The translations under genes and the position numbers were made by a program. The notes under the pieces are model-generated. The model was given only the letters and a program-made list of their open reading frames with translations, was not told the DNA's origin and searched no databases. Positions 1-11,579 of a DNA stretch of 64,000 nt are shown piece by piece. Where the stretch lies: NCBI RefSeq assembly GCF_964355755.1, contig NC_092674.1, forward strand, positions 30,876,001 to 30,940,000, written 5' to 3'. Positions within the stretch are counted from its first letter, which is position 1, and each line of letters opens with the position of its first letter. Source of the DNA: Antedon mediterranea (Eukaryota; Animalia; Echinodermata).

Positions 1-1074
1 GTCAAGGACAAACTTATATGACTATTCCTCCTTAACTTCCTATCTGCCATTGTATACTTACTTAGTCAAGGACAAACTTATATCACTATTCCTCCTTAAC
101 TTCCTATCTGCCATTGTATACTTACTTAGTCCAGGACAAACTTATATGACTATTCCTCCTTAACTTCCTATCTGCCATTGTATACTTACTTAGTTCAGGA
201 CAAACTTATATCACTATTCCTCCTTAACTTCCTATCTGCCATTGTATACTTACTTAGTTCAGGACAAACTTATATCACTATTCCTCCTTAACTTCCTATC
301 TGCCATTGTATACTTACTTAGTTCAGGACAAACTTATATCACTATTCCTCCTTAACTTCCTATCTGCCATTGTATACTTACTTAGTTCAGGACAAACTTA
401 TATCACTATTCCTCCTTAACTTCCTATCTGCCATTGTATACTTACTTAGTCCAGGACAAACTTATATCACTATTCCTCCTTAACTTCCTATCTGCCATTG
501 TATATTTACTTAGTTCAGGACAAACTTATATCACTATTCCTCCTTAACTTCCTATCTGCCATTGTATACTTACTTAGTTCAGGACAAACTTATATCACTA
601 TTCCTCCTTAACTTCCTATCTGCCATTGTATACTTACTTAGTTCAGGACAAACTTATATGACTATTCCTCCTTAACTTCCTATCTGCCATTGTATACTTA
701 CTTAGTCAAGGACAAACTTATATGACTATTCCTCCTTAACTTCCTATCTGCCATTGTATACTTAGTCAAGGACAAACTTATATCACTATTCCTCCTTAAC
801 TTCCTATCTGCCATTGTATACTTACTTAGTTCAGGACAAACTTATATGACTATTCCTCCTTAACTTCCTATCTGCCATTGTATACTTACTTAGTCAAGGA
901 CAAACTTATATGACTATTCCTCCTTAACTTCCTATCTGCCATTGTATACTTACTTAGTCAAGGACAAACTTATATCACTATTCCTCCTTAACTTCCTATC
1001 TGCCATTGTATACTTACTTAGTCAAGGACAAACTTATATCACTATTCCTCCTTAACTTCCTATCTGCCATTGTG
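1..1074. repeat. 64-bp intronic minisatellite, about 17 copies, probably starting before the window
   Basis: Unit GTCAAGGACAAACTTATATSACTATTCCTCCTTAACTTCCTATCTGCCATTGTATACTTACTTA recurs at 1, 65, 129 and so on. One unit has a 4-bp deletion. It lies upstream of the first visible CLC exon. Confidence 0.97.
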
Positions 1075-1367
1075 AAAGCAAGTTCGTCTCTGGTACATCA
1101 ATGTATGTGAGAGCTGGCCTTTCTTGTTTTGCAAGCCCATGTGAAATATTTTCTTTTTTATTGCAAAGACAGTGTCCAGAAAATGTCAGTCTTCTTCTTC
1201 TTTTGTGTAATCATAAACAAAAAATACTAATACATAATGTAAAATATGGTTTTTTTTATTCGTTCTGCTGTGGTGAATGTGGTTCCAGAATAAAACATGT
1301 TCCTTCTTCTGCATCTTCTTCCATTCTTCATACAGTATATATGATTGATTTAATTGTTACTTTACAG

Positions 1368-3808
1368 TATCGTTAGTGGTCATTATGTTTGAGCTGACCG
1401 GAGGATTGGAGTACATTGTACCACTGATGGTTGCTGTGATGGTCAGTAAGTGGGTAGGAGACGCTCTAGTACATGAAGGAATGTATCCTTTTATAATTGA
1501 ATGCAGTGGGGACAAAAAATATAATACTCTTATTTTTTTGTGCATCTCTTTAGTGATGAAAAGCAGGAAATTACATTTTACATTTTTTGTAATATTATAT
1601 GAATGGATCCTAGACATTCTATTATAATGCTGGATCTGCGATTCTTTTAAAATGTGTATTTCTTTAATGGTACTTTAGTTATGATGGACATATTAAGCTT
1701 AATGGTTACCCATTTCTGGACAGTAAAAAGGAATTTATGTATACAACACTTGCAGCTGATGTAATGAGGCCAAGGTAAATAAGTTTAACCACTCAATTTG
1801 TATATTTTGTAGTTTACTGTATTATAATATAATATATATATAATCTGGAGTTTAATAAGAAAATAAAAACAATTCTGAGCATTGTGTCATACAGTATTGC
1901 TTTCAATGGTTTCAGTAGCATTATGGAAACCTGCAGAGATTTGGTGTATATATAATAAATTATTAGAAGAGTAGTAGGCTCTAGACAAGCGTGTCAACAA
2001 CAAAACTTTTATTTAGAAGAGAACGTATCATATGGTACGCCATAGGCGTCAAACATGCATATATAACAAATACTCTAATGTTATTTTGTTTTTTTAGGCG
2101 TTCGGATCCACCGTTGTCCTCTTTGACACAAGAGAGCATGACAGTTGAAGAAATAGGTATGCAATCATGCATCTGTTTATTTTACTGAACTGTTTTGTTA
2201 AGAATCTGTAACCTTTGACCCTGTGCATAGAAAAGTACAAGGTCTGGTCAAGTGCATACAGGTTGAAATATATGTAAACATAGGTTTTTATAGTAGTTAT
2301 TTCTTCCAATTAATATATTTCTGTTTTTTTTTTACAGAAAATATAATCACTGAGACGACCTACAACTCATATCCCGTAATAGTGTCTTCTGAGTCACAGA
2401 GACTTGTGGGATTGGTATACAGACGAGACTTGACAATGGCTATAGGTAAGTTCCAATCCTCTCTGAGGGTGTCTGAAATATATATCAAGCAAATTGTGTA
2501 ATAACAGCCTATCTATTTCATTACCAACTGCAGTAGCCATAACAAATAATGCACAAACCATCACCTGCGAAGAGAGAGAGAGTTCTGACAAAACCTTTAA
2601 GCACTGTCTACACTATCAAACTTTATGTTACAAAAATTTGCCCATTTATGGACACAATGATGTCATATTACTACCATATTTGGGCACATCACAAACTAGT
2701 TTGATAGTGTAGACAGAGCTTTAGCAAAATGTGTTTTAATGAGATTTTCAATTGTTTTTACATAATTTTTATAATTTACATTCAATTTTAGCAACTGCTC
2801 GTGAGAATGACGAGGGCATTGTTAGCCAATCCAAAGTATACTTCTCGAACCATCTTCCTCGATACGCTCCACCTGGCACCCCAGCACCTCTCAAGCTTGT
2901 TAAAATCATTGATGCAGTAAGTTTTCTCTTATATTTTTTTTATATTCTTCTTGGTGATCTTTTTAGAGTATATTGTTTGTTCCAAACAAAAATTGGATTA
3001 TTATATATTTTGGAAACATGCCGAATGTTTTGCAATTTTGTAATTAGTTTATATCAGCTGCTGCTGCTTTAACGGATTTTTTCAAGTGTTTTTCCAACTT
3101 TCATCCTTGATTGATACCGAAGTTTTTAATATTTAAATTGGAATATTTGTATAATAAGTTATTGATACCTGATTATATTTCTTTGTTCTTACAGTGTCCT
3201 TTCCAGATCACTGATCAAACACCAATGAGTACAGTAGTTGAGATGTTTAGAAAGCTAGGCTTGAGACTGTGCTTAGTATCACACAATGGGTAAGCATACA
3301 CTAACAAAATATCAGCATATCTAAGACTTTTAGCAAATTCAGTTCAATACGATCTTTCATTTTGAAATCTTTGTTTCATAGATGGTTTGGTGTAAGACAA
3401 GTTCTTTTAATTCTTTTTCAAATCCATGAAACTGTTCTTATTTATTGTTACCATTTTAGTTATTGTTGCTTTCTTCTGTTATTTCTTGAACTGTTTCTAA
3501 ATAAATGTTGAATGAATTGTACAGAAAAGAAACATAATTACGTATAAATTAACAAATTGAAAACAAATATGTATGCTTAAATAAGCTTTTGGATAATCAA
3601 TTCCAAGTAATATGTCTCATCATAAATAAGATATTTAAGTGTTCTAGCATTTTCAACCACCTAATCATCATGTAATTTTGTTTACTATTAATAAATAATT
3701 TGTTGTGATTTCTGCAGACGAGTACTTGGCGTAATAACGAAAAAAGACGTCCTTCGTCATATAGCAGAAATGGACCAACAAGACCCTGGCTCGATACTAT
3801 TCCATTGA
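1368..3808 (+). CDS. CLCN3: H+/Cl- exchange transporter, CLC-3/4/5 family, 3' portion (last TM helices and two CBS domains). Exons 1368-1482, 1679-1774, 2098-2156, 2338-2445, 2792-2916, 3195-3289, 3718-3808
   Basis: Spliced translation reads [155 protein letters not shown]. This matches the CLCN3/4/5 C-terminal half and all junction phases are consistent. It is likely the co-ortholog of CLCN3/4/5. Confidence 0.95.
1483..1678 (+). other. U12-type (minor spliceosome) GT-AG intron
   Basis: The 5' end is GTATCCTTTT. A branch-point-like TTTCTTTAAT sits at 1659-1668, 10 nt before the terminal AG at 1678, with no real polypyrimidine tract. Splicing restores the conserved EGIY motif. Confidence 0.85.
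2600..2720. mobile_element. PIF/Harbinger-type MITE (family A)
   Basis: TIRs AGCWCTGTCTACACTATCAAACT ... AGTTTGATAGTGTAGACAGAGCT, flanked by a direct TTA repeat. About 11 copies are in the window. Confidence 0.85.
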
Positions 3809-4287
3809 AATAAACACTAGAGGGTGAACATGGTTAATAGATGGTGTATAATATGTGGATGGGATTGATATTGGTCCTTGTCATTTTCTGAAAAGAAAAG
3901 AGTTTTTACAAAAGGAAGATTTGTAATGAGGGAGATTGGAATCTGTTTTGAATCCAACTTATTGCAGCATGGATCAAAACAAAGGAGTGAATCCACTATT
4001 AAACAAGGACATTTGTTTTGTTAATTTGATGAGGGTAAATGTTAAAGGTTGGCTTATGTAACTTAATGGGATGGTTGTGTATGCAATACTCAAACAGAAA
4101 AAAGTATACTGTAGAAACATGTAATTGTGAAAATGCCAACTTGAGATACTACAGTAGGCCGGTACACTTCCATTAAGAATTTGATAAAGCCTAGAGACCC
4201 TTGGAGTATTCAACATTATACCAGGGAGAGGTAATCTCCCTGATTATACAGTATAATATAATGTTACATTTTTATCATATTTATATA

Positions 4288-4293
4288 AATAAA
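4288..4293 (+). terminator. Candidate polyadenylation signal of the CLC gene
   Basis: AATAAA about 480 nt after the stop codon, followed by T-rich sequence. The background is AT-rich, so this is weak evidence. Confidence 0.3.
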
Positions 4294-4609
4294 TGTCATT
4301 ATTTATTTCTTTAAATGTCTGTTTTATAACTAATTTTAATATGATTTCTTATCAATGATTTTTTAATCGTTACATACTTTACATTATGTTTGTGTAAGAT
4401 ATTCATATTAGCATATTTAATGTATACTTTTTTCCCCTCAACTATTTTATTAAGCATATTAACCTAACAAAAAAAAACAAAAAAGTAGTTTATTTGAACA
4501 TAGTTTATTGCATATCAAATTATGTACATTTAAGAAAATATTTTATATATTTAAGTAAAAACCTTGTTGTTATAGCCATTCCAATTATATAGTATGAATA
4601 AGGAATTCT

Positions 4610-4886
4610 CTGCATAAATTATGATGCAAGGCAATGACGTACGCGCAACACACATACAGTAATTTTCAAAACAAGAGTTCGAATGATTTTTCGCTTGTGA
4701 TTGGACAACCCACTCGTGTCACTTTACGTTCTTGCATGGCGTCCTAGTAAAGGACGTAAGCACAACGCAAGTGAGTTGACCAATGACAAAGGACAGTTCG
4801 AATAATCCACTGCGTGTGATTGGTTAATCTACTTGCGTTGCGCGTACTTCCTTGTTCTGCGTCATAACTAAGTGGGAAACAAGCTT
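4610..4886. mobile_element. Degenerate MITE (family B, GC-richer, with GTGATTGG/CCAATCAC sub-repeats)
   Basis: Shares CGCAAGTGAGTTGACCAAT and GTGATTGGT motifs and an AAGCTT-containing end with the copies at about 15293-15410 and 19412-19540. Confidence 0.55.
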
Positions 4887-5151
4887 AATTAGTTACAAAG
4901 TTTAAAAAAGAAATAAAAAACACAATAATAAAGTGGATTAAAATAGAACTTATTGTTAGTGTCAAAATAGCGCCGTTGGCTTAATTTTTTTATTTTACCA
5001 TCACAATTGACACCCAAACCTAGTATTTTCATGGTACTTTCACAAACTGTCTGTAACTATCGCCTACACATTTAACCTTTTTAGTAAAATAAATAATAAA
5101 ACATCACATATTTTTTCATTGTAAAAATAAATGCATATTATTATATTCTTG

Positions 5152-8100
5152 TTAAGTAAGTATTGTATATGTATAACGAGCTGTATAATTATAATCCCAC
5201 TTTAAATTAACCTCCGTTCGTACCATCACAACAAGAAATGACATCATACCTGGACCGAGCTCGCATTGTACAGGCGACGGGGAACTTAGTAGCATATTTT
5301 CTGTAACTATATGCAAATATAATATATATTTAATATACGTACATTGGTTCGCTGCTTCCAGTACCACACCCGCGATGTTTACTCTTGTGAAAATAACTAA
5401 ACAGTCTTTATGTACGTGTTTGAGTCTTGTATTGCTACCAAACATGGACGGATAGTTGAGTAACTTGTGTGAAACTTCTTTCTGATTGGTTGTTTTATTA
5501 TGCGTTAATGCGCAAACGCATAAATGTGTTGAAACGCTCGAGTTATGCGCGCATTTATCAAAAGGTCTATAACGCGTTACACGGTTGTACGCGACGAACT
5601 TCATTCCCGCCGGGCCTTCACGTTTAACAACTTTTAAAACCACCATAAACAGCTCCATGGTAACGGAATCATCCGGGTTGGCGATGTACAGATTCATTTT
5701 TACTTCGTGATCTCCATTCTAAGAACAAGAAATTGTTTGTTTTATTAAATTTTCCACACACATCAAAATAATACAGTTTTACATTCTAATAAAACATACA
5801 TTAATAATTATAAATTAGATTAAAAGAAACATCTGAGTGTGGATAGAGGTCAAATAAGTTAAAGAACTTTAAGGCTGACACCCATTTCAAACATTATACA
5901 TATAGGCCTACTGTATTATTATAATTATAAATATGCTATAAAAAAGATAATAAAGAAGAATAAAAAAATATGAGTATGTATGTATGTAATTGTAACTTCA
6001 GATATATAATATACGGTATCTATTTATGAATTCGGTTCGTCGTCGTGTGACGTGTCACTAAGCACACTACAGTAGTTTGAACTCAGAATAGTAATAATAA
6101 GTTAACTTACCGCATTGTATCTTTGCTTGATGTTTCCAAAATGGTGTGCGACTAGACGTTGACATGAACCAAAACCTCTCTTTGTATCTGGATTTGATTT
6201 ACGGTATTGTTCCTGAATGACGTTGTTGATGGTACCAAGTGCAAACTCCGCCAATAGTGCGTACCGCGCATCTTTTGATGCAACTTTTTCAAAATCTTGA
6301 CAAATACAAACATTTGGTTCGATTCTAGGAATGTCACTACACGATCTGTTTGATGGAATTTCAGAAAATATCCCATCAGGTTTAATGGAATATTGTTTAT
6401 GTTTCTCATCTAAGTTTCCTAATTTTGTTTCACTTAAAAACCTCAAAGCATAATGAAGATCTAAAATGCTGACAAGTCGCTGTTGGTTGATCCTTAATGA
6501 GTTTGAACGCTTTGGTCCTAAAGTTTCAGCAACACCCGGTGGAACGAGCATGAATAAAACAGAGTGGAACATCTCCACTCTAGCTTCTTCGGCCCGCTTG
6601 ACGTATTCACCGTAAGTGTTTCCATGATCAGACATGATGATTGTAAGAGTGTTATTTAACTCTGATACAGTTTTTATATAAGTTGCAAAATCCCTGTCTA
6701 AGGTTTGTATTCGGTGGCCATGCTCATCATGTGCGACATTCAAGAGTGTAAAATGAAAAAATGGCTGATCGTTTCTTTCTAAGATTGTTTGCCGCTTAGT
6801 AAGATAGTCTAGAATGTACTGATGTTGATATTTCCCATTGTAACATATTGAAGGTGAACCGAGGAAGGGATCTCTAACACCATTTTCATTTAAGATCTCA
6901 CAACTTGCTAGTGTCATGTCTATGCGGTCAATTCCAGCTTTATCAATTGACTTTCTAAACTTTTCCCATCTTAACTTGATATCGTCGCCTGGATCATATG
7001 CTAACATATTTCTGATCAACCCCCACTCGCCTTGCCAACACAAATCTTCAGTGTACATGGTTTCAAAATCCTGGTCTTTAAATCCATCTAATAGACGTTT
7101 AATATTAATAGGGGTCGGTGGTGAGTTATACATTTCAAATGGTTCTTCCTTTTGGTACAGCTCACCAGAGAACAGTGCCTCTAAATTATTATATGTTTTA
7201 CCTTTTAAAGACTGAAACAATTCAAAGTTAAAAACGTGTTTTTTGTTTATTTGACGGAGACTTTCCAAACTTGTAGGCATTGATCGTAGAAAATGGCTAT
7301 GAGAGACGGAGTCAAGTAACAGAATGTTGATGCTGATGTTGTCATGGGATGTTTTCGTTTTACTTAATATTGGAGGTACAACTAGTAATTGAATTCCCAT
7401 ATTATTCTCAAAATCTTTACCATCTGTACTGTTAGCATCTGTTGCAAATTTTATAAAATAAAATCCGTAGTTGTCAACCTTTTTGTCGAACAATCTGTTT
7501 AGATGACTCTCAAGATGTCTTGTGGAAGCAAAATCCTGCCATTCTATTTTTCCTGTCTTATTATTGATCTCTCCTAATAAAACGTGTTTTCTTGCATTTG
7601 TTGTATCTGAACATTTTATTTTTGCTTGAAATTCAAACGCTTCCTGCAATTAAAGGAGAATGCAATGTTAAAACGTACATATCATTGTCGAAATACACAT
7701 GAAATGTATAATTTCTGATCTTAAAAAGACGTACTTTTAGGATGTTAGAAAGATTTAAAATCAACTTATATATTTAAAAATATGAAAAATGAAACGGAAA
7801 CGAGAAAATAATTCTAATACCTACTATAATTTCACATATGTTGTTAATTTGTTGGTGTTCGCATGTAGCTACAGGAGATGAGAAAAAAAGCTCATCAGCT
7901 AAAAGACAAGATTCAACATCAGGTTTGGCTCGCTGGCATCCCTCCTGACGTAGAGGAAGACTGGGATCATATCTCAGCTCCGTGTGGCATTCTTTAAAAG
8001 TATACTGTAACGGGAACAAGATAAAAATATATACAAGCCTATTAAAATGTTAGTTACAAATTCTGATTTTCAGATTGATTCTAGCGGTTCACTCTCCTTT

Positions 8101-8517
8101 CGGTATACAGTAACTTTCTAATTTACAAGATAATCTGGGATAATATCAACATTGATGGCATTTGATTCCTGGTAATGGACAAACTAAGATACTTCAATCA
8201 TCAGGCGTATAAGTGTGAGGATCCGGATTAGAAAGCCTCCTAGATTTTCTGCAGTTGACATACTTTAGTAGAGTCATGACATAATAAGCAACTTTGCATG
8301 TAATTGTGTTAAAAACTAAGGAATTAAATCTGTTGACAATGCAACCAAACTAAGTTTGTACAACGCCTACCTTTTCTTCTTTTATGAAAAAAACAGCAGG
8401 TTTGTGTATCTCTTCAAAGCTATGCTTACTTCCGTAGCGTATGATTATAAAGTACAAGGATAAAAATAAAGCGACTCCAACTATTAGTTTCTTCCTATCA
8501 TTAACGCATTTGTTCAT
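5152..8517 (-). CDS. DUF229-family (alkaline phosphatase/sulfatase superfamily) type II membrane protein, copy A. Exons 8517-8371, 8004-7825, 7643-6111, 5718-5152
   Basis: N-terminal basic plus hydrophobic anchor (RKKLIVGVALFLSLYFIII). Motifs NILLLDSVSH, GKTYNNL, EDLCW, CYNG, NVAHDEH, IMSDHG and RSC..IPRIEPNVCIC. All introns are phase-0 GT-AG. Confidence 0.88.
5830..5890 (-). mobile_element. LINE 3'-UTR remnant
   Basis: GTGTGGATAGAGGTCAAATAAGTT...CTTTAAG resembles the 3' UTR of the LINE fragment at 36587-36640. Confidence 0.4.
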
Positions 8518-9249
8518 TTTTTCTGCTTTGATTTCCACGATCTTGTTCTTAATATTCTGTCTCTTGCAATGGTGATTATATGTGTTTTATAGTTTCCTAA
8601 GTGCCTACATTTAAAAATGTCATGGATGACTAAATTATTAATTCCACAATTGTGACTCTTACGAAAGAATTTTTGTTTCAATCTTTTGTTTGACAAACTG
8701 GCATAAATACAAAACATGGCTTTTATTGGTGTTTCAACGTAACTTGAACTAACTAACACTCGACAGCGGGAAACCAGCCACTAAAACAGTATATAATGAT
8801 TTATTATGATATTAAATTATAAGAATTGTTTAACATTTTTGTGAATAACTAAATGCTTTAAATATTATGTAACTGAAATAATGGTAAATTAAATTACCCA
8901 AAATTAAATGATAAGAATGTATACATACCGTAAACCAAGGAATACACGCCATTGTAAGTTCTCATCAGATATTCCCATATGAAGTGATGACAAATTAACA
9001 ATCAATACTTTCTTAATTTAAAATGCCTAATGAAAATACGGAATGATTTTATCGAGCTTTTGGTTTTTTTTTCATGACGCGCTACTCGACTATACGCGCC
9101 TAAAAAAAGTAATTCCGCGCATGCCCATATATTTCCAAGCATGCGTAGATCGTAAAGTTATATACTAGATCTTTATAACGATAATTCACAGTAGATAGAA
9201 ATCAATATAATGTATTAACTTTAATGTTCAACGAACTTTCATGACGCAT

Positions 9250-9479
9250 TTTATTATTATTATTATTTGAAATCAATAACATTCTTATTACCTGATGGAC
9301 TATCTCAATTACAAAATACGGACCATCATAGTACTCTCATGATGCATGCTATTAGTAATATTAATATATCTTTATTTATTTATTTTATTTTATTTTATTT
9401 CATCAAAATATCAAATCAATAACATTCTTATTACCCGATGGACTATCTCAATTACAAAATACGGACCACCATAGTACTT
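9250..9479. repeat. Two direct copies of a roughly 65-bp segment, each preceded by a (TTA)n or (TTTTA)n tract; probably short retroposon 3' ends on the minus strand
   Basis: AATCAATAACATTCTTATTACCYGATGGACTATCTCAATTACAAAATACGGACCAYCATAGTACT at about 9271 and 9414. Confidence 0.6.
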
Positions 9480-9495
9480 TTATAATATCCTCTAT

Positions 9496-9710
9496 TTATA
9501 GGTCTAGTGTATCCTCTTTTCGGTGTAGGCAGCCAGCCAGACCACTGTATTCTATACACACGGGTTTATAGGTCTAGTGTATCCTCTTTTCGGTGTAGGC
9601 AGCCAGCCAGACCACTGTATTCTATACACACGGGTTTATAGGTCTAGTGTATCCTTTTTTCGGTGTAGGCAGCCAGCCAGACCACTGTATTCTATACACA
9701 CGGGTTTATA
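9496..9710. repeat. 70-bp tandem repeat, 3 copies
   Basis: GGTCTAGTGTATCCT...CACACGGGTTTATA starts at 9501, 9571 and 9641. Confidence 0.95.
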
Positions 9711-9737
9711 TTTATTTAGTCCGGGAACGCGAATGTA

Positions 9738-9879
9738 AGCTCTGTCTACACTATCAAACTAGTTTGACAAAAAAGTGTAATGTGCCCAAATATAGTAGTG
9801 ATATGCCCAAATATAGTAGTGATATGATATCATCAACACATTTTGTTGTCACATACAGTTTGATAGTGTAGACAGAGCT
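9738..9879. mobile_element. Harbinger-type MITE (family A)
   Basis: Complete TIR pair AGCTCTGTCTACACTATCAAACT / AGTTTGATAGTGTAGACAGAGCT. Confidence 0.88.
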
Positions 9880-10783
9880 TATAGCACACATTTTTTTTAA
9901 TCTTTTATGGGTCTCTCCCATCTTTATTCATTCAATCTTTATTCATTCAATAATGTATATACAAAATTCATTATTATATAATATAATAAAATAATATTAT
10001 GGAAGAAGTTGTTAATATAAGCAGACAGCACACAGACAATCTTTGTATAGTACTGTATACAAATATTGCACACTTATAGCACACATTATTATTTGACGGA
10101 ACGCATATGGTTGACGTTCAATCATACAAGTGTGAATAAAACTATAGCTGTAGAGAGTTTTAGATAAAAAAAAAAAGCAAGTTGCCCGTATGTATTTAAA
10201 AAAAAATGTTCTTATGAAGGACATCTGGTAGCCATTGACATAAAGTTGGTATTAATGCTACTTTTAAGTGCACAGCATTCATTATTTGATGCAACCGTAT
10301 AAAAATAGAAATACAGATTTTCTTTCTAATCATCGGTCTTAAGGCAATTTACGTACGAACGATACATCGAATAAATATTACCAATAATTAACAACATTTA
10401 TTCAAAATTTAACAGTTTTATGGGTTAGATACACAGAAGCCAAAGTGGCTTGTCTTTGTAGTTTAAACATAAAACATAGACGGACGCATTACATAACACA
10501 AAAAAGGGACATTTTGAGAAAGAAAAAAGAAAAAAACAAAGTGAGATTAAGCAAAATATTTACAACTCCATTGTGCAGTAGCAATAGTAGCTAGCAATAT
10601 GTTATTAATAATAATAACACTAACATATGTTAACAAAGGCAAGAAACATGCATACACAATACAAACAGAAATGTTGTTTATGATATTTAATATCATAAAA
10701 AAAGCAGCCATTACCGAAATTATATCTAAGGCAAAAGCATTCTATTGTATTGTATTATTCAGTTGGCGTACAATGCACATAAA

Positions 10784-10890
10784 TATAACACACAAACTAT
10801 ATATAACACACAAACTATATATAACACACAAACTATATATAACACACAAACTATATATAACACACAAACTATATATAACACAAAACTATA
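10784..10890. repeat. 18-bp tandem repeat, about 6 copies
   Basis: (ATAACACACAAACTATAT)n. Confidence 0.9.
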
Positions 10891-11313
10891 GTACCAAAAA
10901 TTAATAGTTTTGAATTGTGTCTCCTCATTTCCAACGATGGCTTATATCTTCTAATACGTTAAATCGATTATGAACGAACAATCACCAATAAAACATTTTC
11001 AACAATAGATTCTAAGGCAATAAACACAAAGAAAATATGCTTTTTACTGATCAAATTTAATATCGTCAATAACACTAAAAATAATACAAAACAAATTGTT
11101 AAATTATTAATGTTACTGAAATTCAGTTTTTATTTGGAAAAAATGGCATTTGATTTGCCTGCCTTTACAAGTCGTTAGTTTTGTTGATTCGCATAAATGC
11201 ATATTGTTTGCATTTTAACTGTAGACCTGCAGTAAATTGAGTATACAACGTTATAATGAGCTGTATGTATGTACTGTATGTCAAATATCGACGTATAATA
11301 TATCTATGTCTAA

Positions 11314-11450
11314 AGCTGTCTACACTATCAGACTAGTTTGACAAAAAGTGTGATGTGCCCAAATATGGTAATTATATGCCCAAATATGGTAGTGATATGA
11401 CATCATCATTTCCATATATGGGAACATCAAGTTTGATAGTGTAGACAAGA
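11314..11450. mobile_element. Harbinger-type MITE (family A)
   Basis: CTGTCTACACTATCA ... TTTGATAGTGTAGACA with internal GTGATGTGCCCAAATATGGTA. Confidence 0.8.
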
Positions 11451-11579
11451 CTTTTAATAGAACATGGGTGACATTAAAGAGTATAACTAATGTTGACTGA
11501 GTGGTCATTGGTTCAGTGTGGTGTTGAGATTGGGAATCTTACGTCACACAACTAAAAATGTCACTATAATATAATTGCT

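Noticed and set aside
1-1074. CRISPR-like regular repeat (also considered for the arrays at 35825, 53899, 55280 and 59151)
   Set aside because: Units are contiguous with no unique spacers, there are no cas genes, and the context is eukaryotic and intronic.
3382-3420. Possible alternative CLC terminal exon (AG followed by WFGVRQVL)
   Set aside because: Only a fleeting resemblance to LGLRLCL. The canonical last exon at 3718 explains the gene and there is no further support.
6916-7215. Plus-strand ORFs antisense to DUF229 exons (also 12995, 17177, 19969, 21383, 21565)
   Set aside because: These are shadow ORFs of the coding strand. They recur only because the host exons are paralogous.
10599-10904. 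ORF with ITHKLY repeats
   Set aside because: This is the translation of an 18-bp AT-rich tandem repeat, with no splice or homology support.
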